DNA from: Curvularia clavata
Lineage: Eukaryota
NCBI GenBank assembly: GCA_023920165.1
Contig: CP089275.1
Location: 1,798,001-1,862,000 of the forward strand
Length of the DNA stretch: 64,000 nt
Direction: 5' to 3'
The position numbers and the translations under genes were made by a program. Shown here in pieces: positions 26,293-41,038 of this stretch. The notes beneath the pieces are model-generated. The model made no database searches. It had not been told where the DNA came from and saw only the letters and a program-made list of their open reading frames with translations. Each line of letters begins with the position of its first letter. Positions within the stretch are counted from its first letter, which is position 1.

Positions 26293-27296
26293 TTACTTCC
26301 ACAGACCATACGGCCCTGTTGTAAACTTCCAGAGCTTGACTGTACCGTCCTCGCTGCCTGTCGCATAGAGCTTTCCGTCAGGCGAGAAGCTCGCCGACCA
26401 AATAGGTCCATGGTGTCCCTTGTTTGTCTCAAGCTCCTTCTCTTCATCAAAATCCCAAACCCTAACCCATGTATCGTTCTGATTGCTACCACCAGTGACA
26501 AACTTGCGCTCTCCATTGTGTAGCGCTACGCTGGCGAGTTCGTATGGAGTTTTGACGCTCTTGATGAGCGAGCCTGGCAGGAGACTGTTGAAGAAGTAGG
26601 CGCTGTTTCCAGCAGCTACGCTCAATACGCCATCCGAGGAGGTGTTATCCAACTCGCATGAACCCACTGTGCCCTCTACCGCGTGCTCTCCAATTGTCGA
26701 CTCCTGTCGCAGATCCCACCAGCGAATCTTCTTGTCTTCGGATGCCGTGATTATGACGTTGGGATCCGATGTCCACACAATCGACTTGATAGTTCCAGCA
26801 TGAACTCCAGCGCCGATTTCAAAACTTGTCGCGTCGCTGCGGGACAAGTCATATATGCGCAGCTTCTTTTCCATTCCACCTGTCGCGAGGATCTGAGGGT
26901 GGGGCTGGTTGGGGAATGCGACCGCACGGACGATGTGGTTATGCGCGAGAGTGTGGAGAGCTTCGCCAGTATGGGTATCCCAAACTTTGCTGTAAACTGT
27001 TAGCACTTTCGTCACAAAATTACACAAGGGGGCCCGTACGCAGAGAAGTCTGCTGAAGCTGTGGCTGCCAGAGAAGCATTTGAAGATAGGCGTGCTTGCC
27101 AGACTGCGCCCTTGTGGCCCAGAAACGTGCCGATCCAGTCACCCGTTATGCCATCGCGAAGCATAGGGTTGTTGTCCTTGCACGCCGATATGATGTAGTA
27201 CTGATCTTCGTCCACGAGCGACGAGAAGTGGATGTGGGGGACTGGTCTGGAGTGACCATGGCAGGTCAGAGGCACGACTTTTGTAGTCTCAGGCAT
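26293..27296 (-). CDS. WD40 protein, serine-threonine kinase receptor-associated protein (STRAP/UNRIP) orthologue, 2 exons
   Basis: VPLTCHGHSRPV…SACKDNNPMLRDGITGDWIGTFLGHKGAVW is the characteristic STRAP N-terminus, and KGHHGPIW…YATGSEDGTVKLW is present. Intron 27039-26990. Confidence 0.9.
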
Positions 27297-28362
27297 TGCG
27301 AAATGGTAGAGAGGGCGTGTAGTTTCGATCTGAGTGTGGGCTGGGCAAAGTGTGTAGTCGAACTTCTAGATGCAGTGAATGTCTAATGCGCGAGGGTGGC
27401 GGCGAGTCGACCAATTTGTGTTGTCGCAGACGGTACAATCTTGGCTGCACAGACGCGGTGGTGGCAGGTCAGAAAGACAAGAAAGAGAGTGGAATATGCA
27501 AACGGTCGTCAATAGGTCGTAACGTCGTGAAAATGGTGTCCTCGCGAAACCGCAACCTCATTGAGAGCGGTCCGAAGGGGGGAAAGTGGACGACCGTTGG
27601 CCAGGGTTGCTTAGTGCCGGAGATCTCCGCTCGGGGGCCTGCTAGCCTAGACCCTCTCGGATATTACGACAGAGCCGCTCACCAACTCAATAGAATGCAC
27701 TTTTGAGGCGAGAGGCAGATACCGATGCCTGTCTGTCGTAGAGCAGTCACATCGTTTGCATGCATTCGAATTATCGAGATGGTTTTAACTAAGGTTGGCT
27801 GTTTAGCGGGGCTGTTCTTATCCAGCTATTTGGAGTAAAGTATGCCGAGAGATGCTTACTCTATTCGTTACAGAGCCGTCAGGTCAAACTTCGTCCCGTG
27901 TTTGGTATTTGCATCAAACCATACAAGAGGCTCGTACTTCCCATGACTCATGCCTATGCTCCCGTATTCGGTCTGCCTATATCAAACTGCCCTGAATATC
28001 TTATTGCAAGAGCCGCCACATTGTTCAACAGCGCTGACATGACTTTATCATCACCAATCTTTGACAAACTATATATCTTAACTTACAACATGTCTCTCAT
28101 GTAGCAACAACCTGATGTTTCTAAACCAAAGAACGTGCCGCAACCCATAACACCAATATCCTGAATTACTCCCCAGATTCCTTTTCCTCCCCATCACCAG
28201 CCCTTTCTCGTGACCACTCCACCTTCTTCGCAGCCTGAAACTAGACACGCTACAACATCAGCATCTCGTACACAAAGCCAAGTACCGTGTAGCACTACTA
28301 TTGCTCAACAACTCCCCCCAAACCCGCACAAACCATGCCTTCAAACCCACCACTCCACACCC

Positions 28363-31122
28363 TCACATGATGGAAAAATTATTCGCCCACCCCAACGGCC
28401 CAAACGCTTCGAATCCCGTCGACTGTGCATTCTCATCATCACTCGCCTCCCACCCAAAAAAGTTCTGTAAATCATCCAGATTAAACATTGGCTGTTCGAA
28501 CCCTGCTGCCGAGACCGTAGGCGCACCATACATTGCTTCGACTTGGTCCTGTGGCGAAGTCATTGTATGACTTGGCTTGTGTGTGCCGGACGACGATGAC
28601 GACGATGCTGAGGATGATTTATCCAGAGGGGGTGCCGTGAAAGGGTATCCTGTACTTGCTGTCCTGAGAGTGGATGGCGAAGTGGCCGATAAGATTTCCT
28701 CTACAGGCGTTATCATAGAAGTGCCAGTGGTACGATGCCTTGGCGTCCCTTGCATGGGTGCAGGAGCACCAACAATTCTTCTCGCCTCATTCTCCGACGG
28801 ATCCTGCGGCGCAATATAATCCGCTGAGTGACCTCTTGCCAGGCTATCTCTTACCGTCTCGAGCCAGCGCTCTGAAGTAATGCACAAAGACTCTGCGAGC
28901 GGGTATATCAGCGCCATTTCGCGCAGCGCGCGGTTGTTGTACTGGACTAGTTCGACGGTGCGCGAGATGACGGTTCCGGTATCGGGTTTGGAGGTGTCCA
29001 TGATGCGCGCGATATAGTAGAGCATGATGCGGTTGCTGTTGTAGACGAAGGAGGGTAGGATCGAGTCGGCGAAGTGCTTGACGCCGTGTTGGAGGATGTG
29101 TGAGACCAGGACGGACATGCGCTGGGCATGTTCGAAGCAGACGTCTTGAAGGTGGCTTACGAAGGCCTGTTGGTCGGAGGGAAAGACAAAGGGCTCTTGG
29201 TTTTTGAATAGATCGGGCAGGGCGATTCGGTGCACGTCGCACATGACGTGGTGGTACATGCAGTGGATAAGGAGGAGGGCACCCAGCTGGTGCGATTCCC
29301 GGCGGATGTAGATGTTGTCGGCGGAGAAATCTAGCCAGGAGGGTAGGCTCTGGCGCCACGATTGTATGTCGCCAATTAAGACTGCGAAGCCGGAGTTTGG
29401 GAGCCAGGGTGGCTGCTCTTCGTCCATGTGCTTGACGAAGCTGTACAGAATCAGTATCATCGTGACATGAATTACAGAGATGACTTACCGCAAGACTCTC
29501 CGCCATATACTCACAATCCGCACATAATACGCCGCCATACCCAAGTTATCCGACGGCTTCTCCGGTATATCCTCCTGGGGCATAAAATCCAGCAACGTCC
29601 CCTTCTCCAGCCGCTCAGTGACACAAGGTATCTGCAGCGAGAACTGGCGCTCATTGCACGGAAGTTGGATCTTGAGGTCTCTTTCATTGAGTATAGTGAG
29701 ATGATCGACTCCGCTACCCGCCCAAACATCGATCATATAGCACGCCCACATCAGCCTTCGTCGAGACTCTCGCACAGATACTTCGTTTGGACTTCCTCCG
29801 ACCTCTTTGCACAGAATGTCAGGCGCCACTTCATTGTTCAGCTGCAAGGCATGTGCCATGCGTACAACTAGGCCCGTGAGCAGAAAGGAACCGGCATAGT
29901 TACCGTTCCTTGCTTCCTGGTCGTGGAGCAGGACCAGAACTTTGAGCTTGGTAATTGAGATGGTGCTGTAGTCTGCGAAGAACATCTCTTCGGCGGTTTT
30001 GGCCCACTGGCTCCCAGCTGATTGTATCAAGTCTTTTGTCAAGGGCGCGTACGACTCATGATATTCGAGGGCGTAGAACCGAGCTCCTAATGCACACATG
30101 ATGTGTAAAAGCGCCTGGTCCGACGTGTCCACCAGCTGGCCTTCATCCAACATTCGAATAAAGGAGGGTTTGTGCTCAAAGGCAAAAACTCGGATTGGAT
30201 GCACATTGTTGAAGTATGCGTCTAGCAAAAGATGTAGCTTGTTTCTCGGTGGTAATTGCTTAGAAAACAACCTGTGCGCTTCTTTCAGCAAAGGTAACCT
30301 CATGTAAACGGTGTTCAGCTCACCATAGTAGTCCAGGCGGGCACCCAGGTACAGCGACATCGACACCTGCCATCGCATCCAGCATCCCAATGCTATTGGG
30401 AGAAGGCTGGGGAGCATGAGGAGATATCATCACCGAGTTTGCTTGCAGCCCCGATGCAGGAGTGCTGATGCTCTGCACCCAAGCTGGTTCGTTGTGCTCT
30501 GCATCGTACACACACGTGGTGCGGCGCTGCTGGCATCTTGTGCAAGTCGGTCGTTCGCCCGAGCACTTAACTTTTGAATCTCTACACGGAATGCAAGACC
30601 GGAAGGTGCGCTTCCTCTTGATTCCCACTACTGGCTCGTACGCTGTGCTTGGTCTTTTTGCTGCGGCGGCGGAGACACTGCCATTCTGAACACAATCTAG
30701 CTGGAGTCTCTCGCAATTCAGGCAGCCGTTTGGTCGCTCATCGCATTTGACCTATGAGAGTGTGAGCCTTGTTTTGACCCTGGAATTTTATTCTATGTTG
30801 GCTGTTGGGCCTAGATCTCCGGGTTGCACTAATACCATCGCGCTGGCATAGTATAGTGTTTACTCCTCCGCTGTCCCATGCACGCTGCTGCAGACTGACC
30901 CACGATGCGAACCCGCCAAAAAAGCAAAAGAGGACAAAAGAAAGTTACTGCTAGAGCCTACCTTTCTCGCACGACAAGTAGTACAAGCTATGCAAGCGCT
31001 ATTAGCCCCAGCCTCGCAACATCGATAGCCGTTCAAGTCCATGGCTACATACCATTAATTGGCCGTCTGCGCTTCTTAGCTGTAATGTCAGACGGCTGCG
31101 CGGGTGTTTTCGGCGAGTCCAT
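28363..31122 (-). CDS. Transcription factor with two tandem Zn(II)2Cys6 clusters plus a fungal-specific TF domain (5 exons)
   Basis: Exon 31122-31053, a 26-nt micro-exon 30987-30962, then an exon from 30751: ACTTCRARKVKCDERPNGCLNCERLQLDC followed by SCIPCRDSKVKCSGERPTCTRCQQRRTTC. Later AHALQLN…RESRRRLMWACYMID and QLPCNE. Confidence 0.88.
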
Positions 31123-31880
31123 CTAGGTATTCGGTTTGTCGCTCGGATTGTCGCATCCTCTGCGAAAGCTGGGGATTCAAGAGGCGACGAGCGGGGACAA
31201 AGCCCAGACTTAAGGCAAAAATATGACGTGCTGGGAGGCGCGGATTGGCTCACAATACGTGGCTTGGCACTCAGGTCATGCTGTCTTGGGGTATAGTGCA
31301 GGTCTACCGGCTAGCCGTGTGAGATGAATCAGCCTCGTCTTTCTACCGATAACTTTGGTCGCTAGTCACGCGGTGCGTGGGAACGTTTTACAACGTAACG
31401 TATTCTCTGTTGCATGTCCAGTAGGACATCATCCTGACTAGGCACCGCAACAAACCCCTCTTTTGTCTACTAAGCCTAAAAGCGTAAATCTATCCTTTAT
31501 CCCTTATCACTTTGGTTTCTTGGAGTAAATCAGGGTACATTGACTGTAGAATCAACACATTGTATCCACGTCATCTAGTATACAAATGATCACCCCTACT
31601 CAATCCCTGTGGGATTAAACAATCATGATTGAGTATACAGTCAATATCTCTGCATAAAAAAGATCAACGCTTTTCATTGGTGATCAAAAACTGAGGTATG
31701 TTTACTACGTTTTGCGCGGTCTATGATGCTGTGGTTCCGTATAGAAAACAGGCATACGAAAACGCCGTCATTGGAAAAAGTTGCGCGCTGCTGACGCTAA
31801 AACAAGGTGCCGAATACACGTCTTGAAACTAGTATATTTTGAGCCCAATTGTCAACACGAACTAATCAGTGTCCGAAGTC

Positions 31881-34800
31881 TCAATGCTGCCGATGCACGC
31901 AGTCCCATTCGTACTAGAGAGTATGTTAGCATTGATGCGACGCATAAAGTTTACAAGTATCGAGAGCGCCAATGACAGGCTTTTAGACAACCTCTACTAT
32001 CGGTTGTTCGTTTGATCCGCCCAATTTATGCATCTTCCCGTCATAACAAACCGAAGATAGAAAAGCTTCTACTTACCACTCTACCATCCTCATCGCCCGT
32101 ATATACATTATGAGGCATAGGCAATATACACGTAATGGGTGCTGACTGTGCCAGCAAAGCAGGGTCGCCGTGGTTCAAGACGTTGATAAGATTGGCAGAC
32201 CATTTAGCGGGCGTGGAAGACGAGGAAGGCATGGTTGGAGGTGTTGGCGATAGGTGAAAGATCTAGTATTTGTCAGCAGACGTAAGACGCGAAATGGCAC
32301 AAAAAGGACTACCAACCTTTACGACTCCTCTCCGATGCCCGGTGAAGATGAGTTCGCGTTCACACCATTCGTTGCCTACTCCCTCATACACCGCCACAGC
32401 CGTAATATAGTCAGCATCGTCTTCACTGTCACAGATGTCTTCGTCGAGCAGTATCGCGCCGTTGAGTGTCGTGATGATGAGCCGGTTTCCACACGCGAGA
32501 ACAATGTTTCCTGTTACATTGTTGATTTTGGCTGCTTGTACCGGCACTGGGTTCCGCTTTGACTGCGCGCCGAGGGCAAGCTCGCGTACAAATTCATTAC
32601 GGTTAAGGTCCCAGAGGAAGACACGCCCATCAAGTGAAGCAGACAGGAATGCAGAGAATGCACGACTGGCGGCAATCGTCATAACAGGCGACTTGTGTCC
32701 GAAAAGCGTGGTGGCATTCTGAAGCTCCATACGGCCTCGCTCGCCTCTGTTGACGGTCCATATGGCAAGAGTACAGTCTGTTCCTGCTGTAATCAATGTT
32801 CGGCCGTCAACGAAATGCGATGTTGTTAACTGTCCAGAGTGCAAATGTTCAAACAATCCAACCAGCTTCTTGGAACTAGATTCGTAGAAGCGAACGCTAC
32901 CATCCGTAAAGCCCCACTCCATATACCGATCGTGGTGAGGAGGGATATTCTGGCGGAATGGTGCAGAGCACAGAAGCTTATCGCTCTTGCTAGTATAATT
33001 GAGCGACGCGATGCGATCGTGCATTTCAAGGAGCGTGCCTGGCACGCGATGCAAGCTCTCTGCTGACGTATCAAGCCTGGTGGGCCGAGTGACATTGTCT
33101 TTTTGCGGGTGCGGTCTCTGGAAAACCTGTGGAGGCGTCTGCCCGAAATTGTTGATAACACTAATCTTTTGCGCTCGCTCCTTCTCGTCGGTAATGGAAT
33201 CAAGATCGATTGCACCTTGGTAAGTCATGTGGTGAAAGACGTTTGCTGCCTCAATAGCTGCCTCACCACGTTGCTTGTATCCGAAGATCAAGTCAATCCA
33301 GTGATGTAGATTCTGGCTCACGTACGGACTCTCCAAAGCCTCGCGCTGCTTTGCGATGAATATCGCAGGGTCGCCCTTGGCCCAAGGAGGTAGTTTCACA
33401 TTGTCAATTGTTGAGCCGTCCGAACGCAGACCGAAATTGTATCCATTGACGTTTGTCAGGAAGTCTGGCAGGAAATAGAACTCGGGTGTAAGCTCGCGTA
33501 CATCCGCCATGTTCTTCGCTGATACCGACTCCCATACGTTCTGGATTGAGTAGAACATACGGTCAGCGTGATCCCACGTGCCGCCCTGAATGAGAAAGAA
33601 GGCTGCACTAAACGGCTGAAGGCGCATAAGGTAAGATGCCACAGTCATGGCAGAGGAGTAGTGAGTGCCATAGTGGAACGCATGGCTGGCATCACCCATC
33701 TCGGCAAAGGAAGCAAACCTCTCCCTAATCAGATGCTCTTGTTTGGGATCCTGGATGCCGATAGGCTTTCGGAGATCACGAAAGTTGCTTGGATCGCTCA
33801 GGTCTAACTCTTCGCTATGATAGTTCGAAAGCACCCAGGGGAAGACAGGGTATTGCGTGAGGTCGTTGAAGGTTCTTCCGGCAAGGGTGTTAACAAACAT
33901 CAGGTAGTGAAAGTTAGACATCTCCCCTTTTAGCCACTTCTTCGTTGCCGGATGAGACGAAGCTGAGCCAAAGGCGGACACAAAGCGCGATCCAAACGTC
34001 TGGGGTGCTTCTTCAGGGTTTCGCAAGGAATCGAGACGCCATGAAATCTCGGAATTGGCAAGCTTGTCCGGATTTGCGACATGTGATGCTCGCTGGAGAA
34101 CTCTTGAATGTATGTCGTTACGAGCTTGGGGAGAGATCGCTGTGAGAAGGTAGCTGCGGCCGTCATCAAAAAATATTTCGATACCGACGTCTCGGTGCAG
34201 GAAACGCCGCTTTGAGATACTGATAACTTCGGTCCATTTCCAATTTTTCACTGCATCTTCTTGATTTCTGGGCGGCGGGCGACGGTTGGTCACGGCCTCT
34301 TTGCCAGCAATGACCTGCACATATGGATCGCGCTCATCGGGCGGTGCTTGCCAGACACGTACGATTTCGCCGTCAGATCTTTGGAAGAAGTCATCCAGCA
34401 GGTAGAGACAGTCTTTTCCGACAATGAGAAGGCCTTCTATAGCTTCAAGACCCACCACCCGTGAAATGTTGCAGACGTACTGGACTTGGTCGCCTCGATT
34501 GAGGCTGCGCATGACTTTGCGATTCTTATCTTCGAAACCGTCTTCATCCTCGTACATGGCTTCAACCATCTCGAAGTCGTCGTCGCTACCGGACTCTGCC
34601 TCTTCTGTTGGGTCACCAGATGCAGTCGCTGTGGACAACGATCTTGCTGATCGTCCATCAACAGGAGTAGCCTCTACAGCCTTGGCAGTTATGGCAGGTA
34701 CAGCGGTATCCAATTTAAGCCTATCCCGGGGATCCGTGTCTTTGCGCTTGGGTTGGTAGCTCTGATCGCGGGTAGTGTTATCGACAATGATGCGCATGCG

Positions 34801-37800
34801 CTTCCGGTCACGGCCTTCTGTTTCGTCAAGCCGCCATCTGGCGGGCGGGCTATTCTCGAACAGGCCACATGGACCTTTCAGCTGGTGATCCAACTTGGCC
34901 AGGACCGTTGTCATGAAAGTGGCGTTGTCTTGCTGGTCTTGCAGAACACGCTGATGCTTGATGCGCTCAGAAGCATGTATGTTTGATCGCCAGTGGTTTG
35001 TTGAGTTCTCGTGGTGGTTCCATACGTTTTCAGCCACAAGCTCGTCCGAGTGCCACTGTTTCAGCTTCTCTTTGCGCTTGGCGATTCGTCTCTGTGATGT
35101 CTCCTCGGTCTTCTTATTCTGGCTATGCACGTAGTCTTCCCACGGTCTAGTCATCGAGTTGTGGAAGAACTTATCCATGTCGGTCTTGTTTTTGTCAAGC
35201 CATTCTAGGAACGTTTCATTATCTAGCTCAACAAGCTTCTGGAAACCGTCGTAAAGATCCTTCATGTCTCCGTGAATGGCGTCGGCCAGAATCATGGACG
35301 TTTCGTCGGGTTTCTGTACCATGAGCAACCTCCAGAAGCTCGCTGCCGCAAGGCGTACGTTCATGTGCTCTGATGATAGCTGTGAGTAGAGCAGATAGCA
35401 GATCATCTTTAGTGAGAAGGTTTCGTTGTTAGCAGAGGAAAGAATGATTGGCTGCCAGTATACCATCTTCTCGATCACTGCTGTGGTAGTTGCGCCGCCT
35501 TCGGACTCGTCTGGATCTGCTAGCCGGAGAAGAGCGACTCTCAAGAAAGTTGTCCGAATCGACTGAATGGCTTGTGTACACAATCTGACGGATTTGATAG
35601 ATGCAACGTCAGGACGCTCCAAGTATTCCAGAAGAAAACCAGCAAAGTCGAGTAATGGCTCTGCACCCTCGAGGAACCAGCCTTCAAAGACAGCTTCGGA
35701 TACGTGCTGGACGAATCGTGAGAGGTTCGTAAGGACCCTCGGCTCATGCAAAAGTTTTTGGTCTAATTGGAGTGCGTTCTTTACGGACAGCATGGTCTGT
35801 CGTAGAATGTACGACTCGAAGTATGCCTGATGTTCTTGGAAGCCTGGCGGCGTTTTCAGGAAGAGCCCCAAGCCAGGGAACTCTTTGCGCGTAAATATCT
35901 GGTCCTTGAACACATCGAGAACAACCTCTAGCATTGCCTCCACCACCGAGCTGCCAATCTTCAGCGGCACAGGGGCGATGTTTTTCGACGAGAGAATCGG
36001 GTTTAGCGACGGTTGTTGAATGGCTTGCTTCTTATCCGCTGATACGAGCACGAAAGAAGATGCTTTACGGAGAGGCAAGACGCGCCGAGATGAAGGCGCA
36101 GGTGAGCTGCTGACGTTGGTGGTCCGAATTACAGGCGCTGTTTGTCCATTGGCTTTGGAAAGCGGCTGTATCACCACATCCTGGCCTTCGAACGTCAACG
36201 CGGAGCCTCGTGAGAGCAACTCAGTCTCTGCGCTCACACTGTCAGAGGTAACAATGACGGGGTATAGAACAAACAACAACTCCTGGACATAGTTGGATGT
36301 GTTGGCGTAATCACGGAAACTCTCTGAGCGAGAGTGCAACTCAGACAAAAACTGGATGGCAGAGTTCAGAACAACAGCAAAGTCGTTCAAGCGGTCTGTT
36401 TGAGGCGCACGCATGTCTGCCGAGAGTCAGCACTGGAGAAAAGGTTTGCAAATACATACATACCGACAGTAGGTTGCTTGGCATTCAATGACATCGTTCT
36501 ACGTCTGCCACGTGTGACCGAGCCCTCGCTACTCTCCTGCTTGGGAGTGCTGTTGTCCGTTCGAGCCAGATCTCGGTCGCGGACGATCGCTCGTAACCCC
36601 GTCTCCAACATCGCGGTGATTACAGGAAAGACCTCTGGGTAACAGATCCTCAGTTCAGGCTGAGGAGAGTGAGCGATAAATATATCGACCAGGTTAAAGA
36701 CATCAAAGTCACGCTCAAAGTCAATGGTTGCCACGTCGCGACCGAACAAGATGGCGAAGCAGATGGTCCAGATTCCTGGTGTATTCCACCAATGGCGCAA
36801 TCTGTTCTTCATGAGAATGAATCCGCCGGTCTTTTCTGCGAATTTCTTCACATAATGGGTTCCGTTTAGCACAAGCAAACGAGCAAGGATCTTCGCACCG
36901 AGAACAACCACTCTCTGCTCAGGTTCAGCAAGCAGATAAAGCAGCCATTTACCCGTGACGTTCTTCGCAAAACGCACCACCTCGTGTGGGTTTTGAGGGT
37001 CACAGAGTAGCTCTGATAAGAGATTAAGGATGGCGATACCTAAATCTGGCAGAGACAGCGGCGGTGTATCTGTTCCAATCGAGGATGGACTCGCCGACCG
37101 TGATGTACCGTCTGGTGTCAAAGAAGGTGTGGTACCTCTACGAAGACGGGCTGCGCTCGCCTTCGTACGTAGCGGACGTTTTCCGTAGTTCGCACGGCTG
37201 TCATGCAGTGCGTATGTGACGAAAAGGGAAAGTGACCTCGCGTTCTCCCCATTGAAGTTGGTCAATAGCAGAGTTTTAAAAGCAGCAAGGAAGAGCTTGA
37301 ACGTTTGTGGAGTAAATCTTTCGCCTTTCAGAGCGTCTGTAAGGCGCTTGACCACACCTTGACGATGTTAGCTAGAGATTTACAGGTCAAGCAAAGATAC
37401 ATACGTATTCGATGAAATCGCTTAGCATTGTAGTGATGGTGTTTGCTACCTCGAGCAAAATGGACAAATTGCGTGTAGTACAACTTATGTGTCTCCAATG
37501 AGGTGGCTCTGCGCCAGATTTCCAAATCAACTAGTAGGACTCTGTATGCGAGTGGATTTATGATTAGTGACTCGGTCGGCTGTTGCTCATCATAGCCAAC
37601 GAATCGGAGAATGATTCGCAGTAGCTGCAAAACAAAGACCTCGCAATCTTCCTGTGTGACGTCAAGCGACGATGCATTTCTTGCTACTAATCCACCCATG
37701 GTGAACCCGATCTTTTGGCGCAGGACTTCGGCTAGAACAGCAAATCCATTGCGCTGCTCCATGGCCTCGCAATTGCGCCAATTGCCTCCCACAGCCTCGA

Positions 37801-40069
37801 GTAGGATGTTGACAGCGCGAAGCATGCTTTCTAAAGTTTGGGCAGACTGTACCAGCTTTAAGCCAACGGCAACACATCCACCAACTCGCCAGATGGCGTC
37901 ATCCAGGGATTGGGGAACGACAACAACGGGGTCACCAGATAGTCGTCCGAATCCCCTTGCCTGGGACAGTGCATCGTTAACTGAGGGAACAGCAGCGTTG
38001 ATGATGATTGGCGTGCTATGCATCCTAGTGTACTTGTGAAGGGTCTTGGCCGACTCTCGCGACAGAGACCGAATCAGCTGAGACTCGTCAATGGAATTCC
38101 TGTCATCGTCATCCATGACGGAGCTAGGGGAGAAGCTCAGGATTATCTTTGACTCGGACATGAGATGGCTTGCAGGTGCCCTGATGGCGGCCACGATATC
38201 TGATCGCTCTTCTTTCCCAGGGTGAAGCATTTCATTATGAACATGAAGCTCTGCAGAAGTTCTATAGGTTTGGAACGAGCCAAGCTTGTCTTGGAAGTTG
38301 CCACAATAACGTGGGCCGAGTTTGTGGTATACAGCAATTAGTTCATCCGACAGGGGCTCTGAAAAAAGATGAAAAGAAGCGACTGATAGCTTGGAAGAGA
38401 TGACATTTCTTCCCAGTCGAGGTGCTAGGTTCCGTGGTGTTCCTAGGAATGCGAGTATATGGTGCTTGGGGATACTGGAAGACATGGAGGTAAAGCTATC
38501 CTGGCTGCTGTCCAGCACTGGAGGGTGCGATGGATAATGCGCTTTCATGGTTTCGGTAAACTCACCGTCCACGAAGAGGGATGCTTTGGCAGGGCCCATA
38601 CTGATGGCCTTGGCTCTTCGGTGGACCACTGCAATGTGGTACCATCTTCCCTCTTCAAAGCGTGGGGCCTTTTTGAATCTTACACTAGGAACGACGCCCG
38701 GCGAATGACCCATATATGTCTGCAAGATGAAGCAACGGCTGTCTCTTTCCAAGTAAGCCATCAGAAAACAGGTCTGTGTGTCATCATAGGCACCAAACAA
38801 TGTGGTGTGGCAGTTGGTGTCAAACTTATCCACGCGCACCCACGCGGTAAATGTATAGCCGCCCCCAGGAGACACAGGCGGGAAGGGCCGGCCAATATCT
38901 GGGAGCTCAACGGCGCTGAAACCATGCAAAGACAGATCAAACTGTATAAAGGGTGGGTCTCGAGACGAGCGCATAGCTCGCAGAAGGAACTCGGCAGCCT
39001 GTTCGGATGACGCAGCCTTGCGGAAGAGGTAATAGGCATCATCGAGCTTGTTGATGCCGTATTGCACCAAATCGTTAGCCAATTCTTGCAGTAGGCCAGC
39101 TTCTGCGGGAGCGCACTTGTTTTCAAAGAGGAGAGGCAATATCAAGCTCAGCACACCTGTGATGTGCAGAGCAGCTTTGTTGTATGACGAGAGAGCAATC
39201 ATCTCTTGGACGGCAAGAAGGACCGAGATGGAGAGGGGTTTGGAGTGGGTGCCTGGAACATGCTCGCCAGACAGGCCTTGCCAAAAGTGAAAGATGGTTG
39301 GCATGATGTCTGGATTCTGCAGTACTTCATTGCCGCTGAATATGGCGCGCACCTGAATGCGCAATGACTCGACGTCCATGTCGGTGTCGCTGACCATAGA
39401 CCGCGGACTCGATACGGCAGTCTCTGGGGGCTGCTCAGCGCCATGGGCTGCTGGAGCCTTATCCTGCTCTGGCCGTGGCCCGTCGACCTTGTTATCGACG
39501 TCCCTGAATATCCGTGTCATTGCCTCTTCGCCTAGGGCAAAAGCGAAGAGGGTGCCAAAAAGCTGCTCCTGCCCCGCATCATCACGCTTACTCTGGGACT
39601 GGCCACCAAAGATTCCGGTGCTGCCCAGGGCCTGCTCCAGCGCATTCCAGCCGCCATGCTCGACTCGCTTTGCAAAGAATCGCCTGTTACCGGCGTGCTC
39701 GTTCAGTGCGTCGGACAGGACATCTAGGGTAGCCTTGATAACATCGAAAAAGTCGATACGGTCGGAGGCAGGCAGCTCGGCGGGCTTGTAGAAGCCCGAG
39801 AGGGAGCGGAGGGTAACGAGGAGGGTCTCGAAGCCATGGACATGGCGAAAGGCATCTTTGGTGTGGGTTTGATTGTTGGACTCGATAAGCAACTGGCGCA
39901 TGCGGCGGAGGGCATTGCTCTGGGTCTGGAGGATGTCGGCGGTGGGCGGGGAGGACTCGGAGGCCTTTGTGAGTTCGTCGGCCAGGCTGCGGAGTTCGGC
40001 TATCTGGTTGTTCATGGGCGGGAGTCTGGAGGCGGCCGTCGACGACCTGTGCGGCCGGGTGGTGGCCAT
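31881..40069 (-). CDS. BPH1: BEACH-domain protein (Beige homologue; ConA-like, PH, BEACH, WD40), 5 exons
   Basis: Exons 40069-37405, 37357-36464, 36416-32317, 32262-32077 and 31913-31881. BEACH motifs TLAGRTFNDLTQYPVFPWV, HYGTHYSS, DVRELTPEFY, WIDLIFGYKQ and NFGQTP, followed by C-terminal WD repeats. Confidence 0.92.
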
Positions 40070-41038
40070 GTTCAGTCGAGGCCGCTAGGGAGCAACTTGG
40101 TGGGCGGAGGGAATAGCGGGGCGGAAAGTATAATCATGTCTCCCGAGCCTCCCGAGCACCCATTGGGCGTGGTAGCAGATTGGCTGGATGGTCGAGGGTT
40201 GGGGAATGGCGCACAGGATTCTGGCCGATGCGTCGCGTAGTGTTCGGGCGGTGTTGCTCAGACGAGAGGGTGGAGCTTGGACTCATGGTGCGAGCTACCC
40301 CAGGCAGCCGCGAGGTGGAGCCGACCCAAGTTGTCCTCGCGCGGCAACAATGGCGAATAATGCACCAGGATAGCGCGAGGTTAGCATGCGAACGCACTGC
40401 ATGCTAGCATGCTACCTAACCAGACTGCAATATGATAAACGGCCCTCATGGCTCACGGGGCCCTGCAGGTGCACTGCTGACAACCGGACCCTGAACCGGC
40501 CTGCAGACAGCCATAGATAGATGATGTGCTTTGGAGAGCAGACCGTTAGCCGGCCCCAGGTGGTAGTCAGGGAGACAGGCTGGACCTGACAAGTCAGACC
40601 GCCTGCAGCCATGACGAGTACAAGCAGCATGGGGGTGTCGACTGAGGCTCTCTGCTTTGGACACAGGCTGCCTCGACAGACTGGAACCACGGCTGCGCGC
40701 TGTGCAGTTCCGCCCTCATTGGCATCTTGATACGACACGTCCGCCATCTGATACGCGGGCGCGTGCATCCCATCCCCACTGGGACTAGCGCATCCCCAGC
40801 CTCACTGGCGGTGCTCAAGCTCCCAGGTCAGGTGCGTCATGCTCGGGTGGGTCCATGCACCGAGGCCGTCCTGATAAGAGAGCTCATCGCCATAGCTACC
40901 CCCAGCTCATCCACCTCCCCATCTCTCCTCCACATCTCTCCCATCTTCTCCCCCGTTTCCATCTCATCTGCCCTTTCCCCCCATTTCCCCAGGCCTGTCT
41001 TTGCCAGAACTCGCTGTGCGAGCACAACAACAACAACC

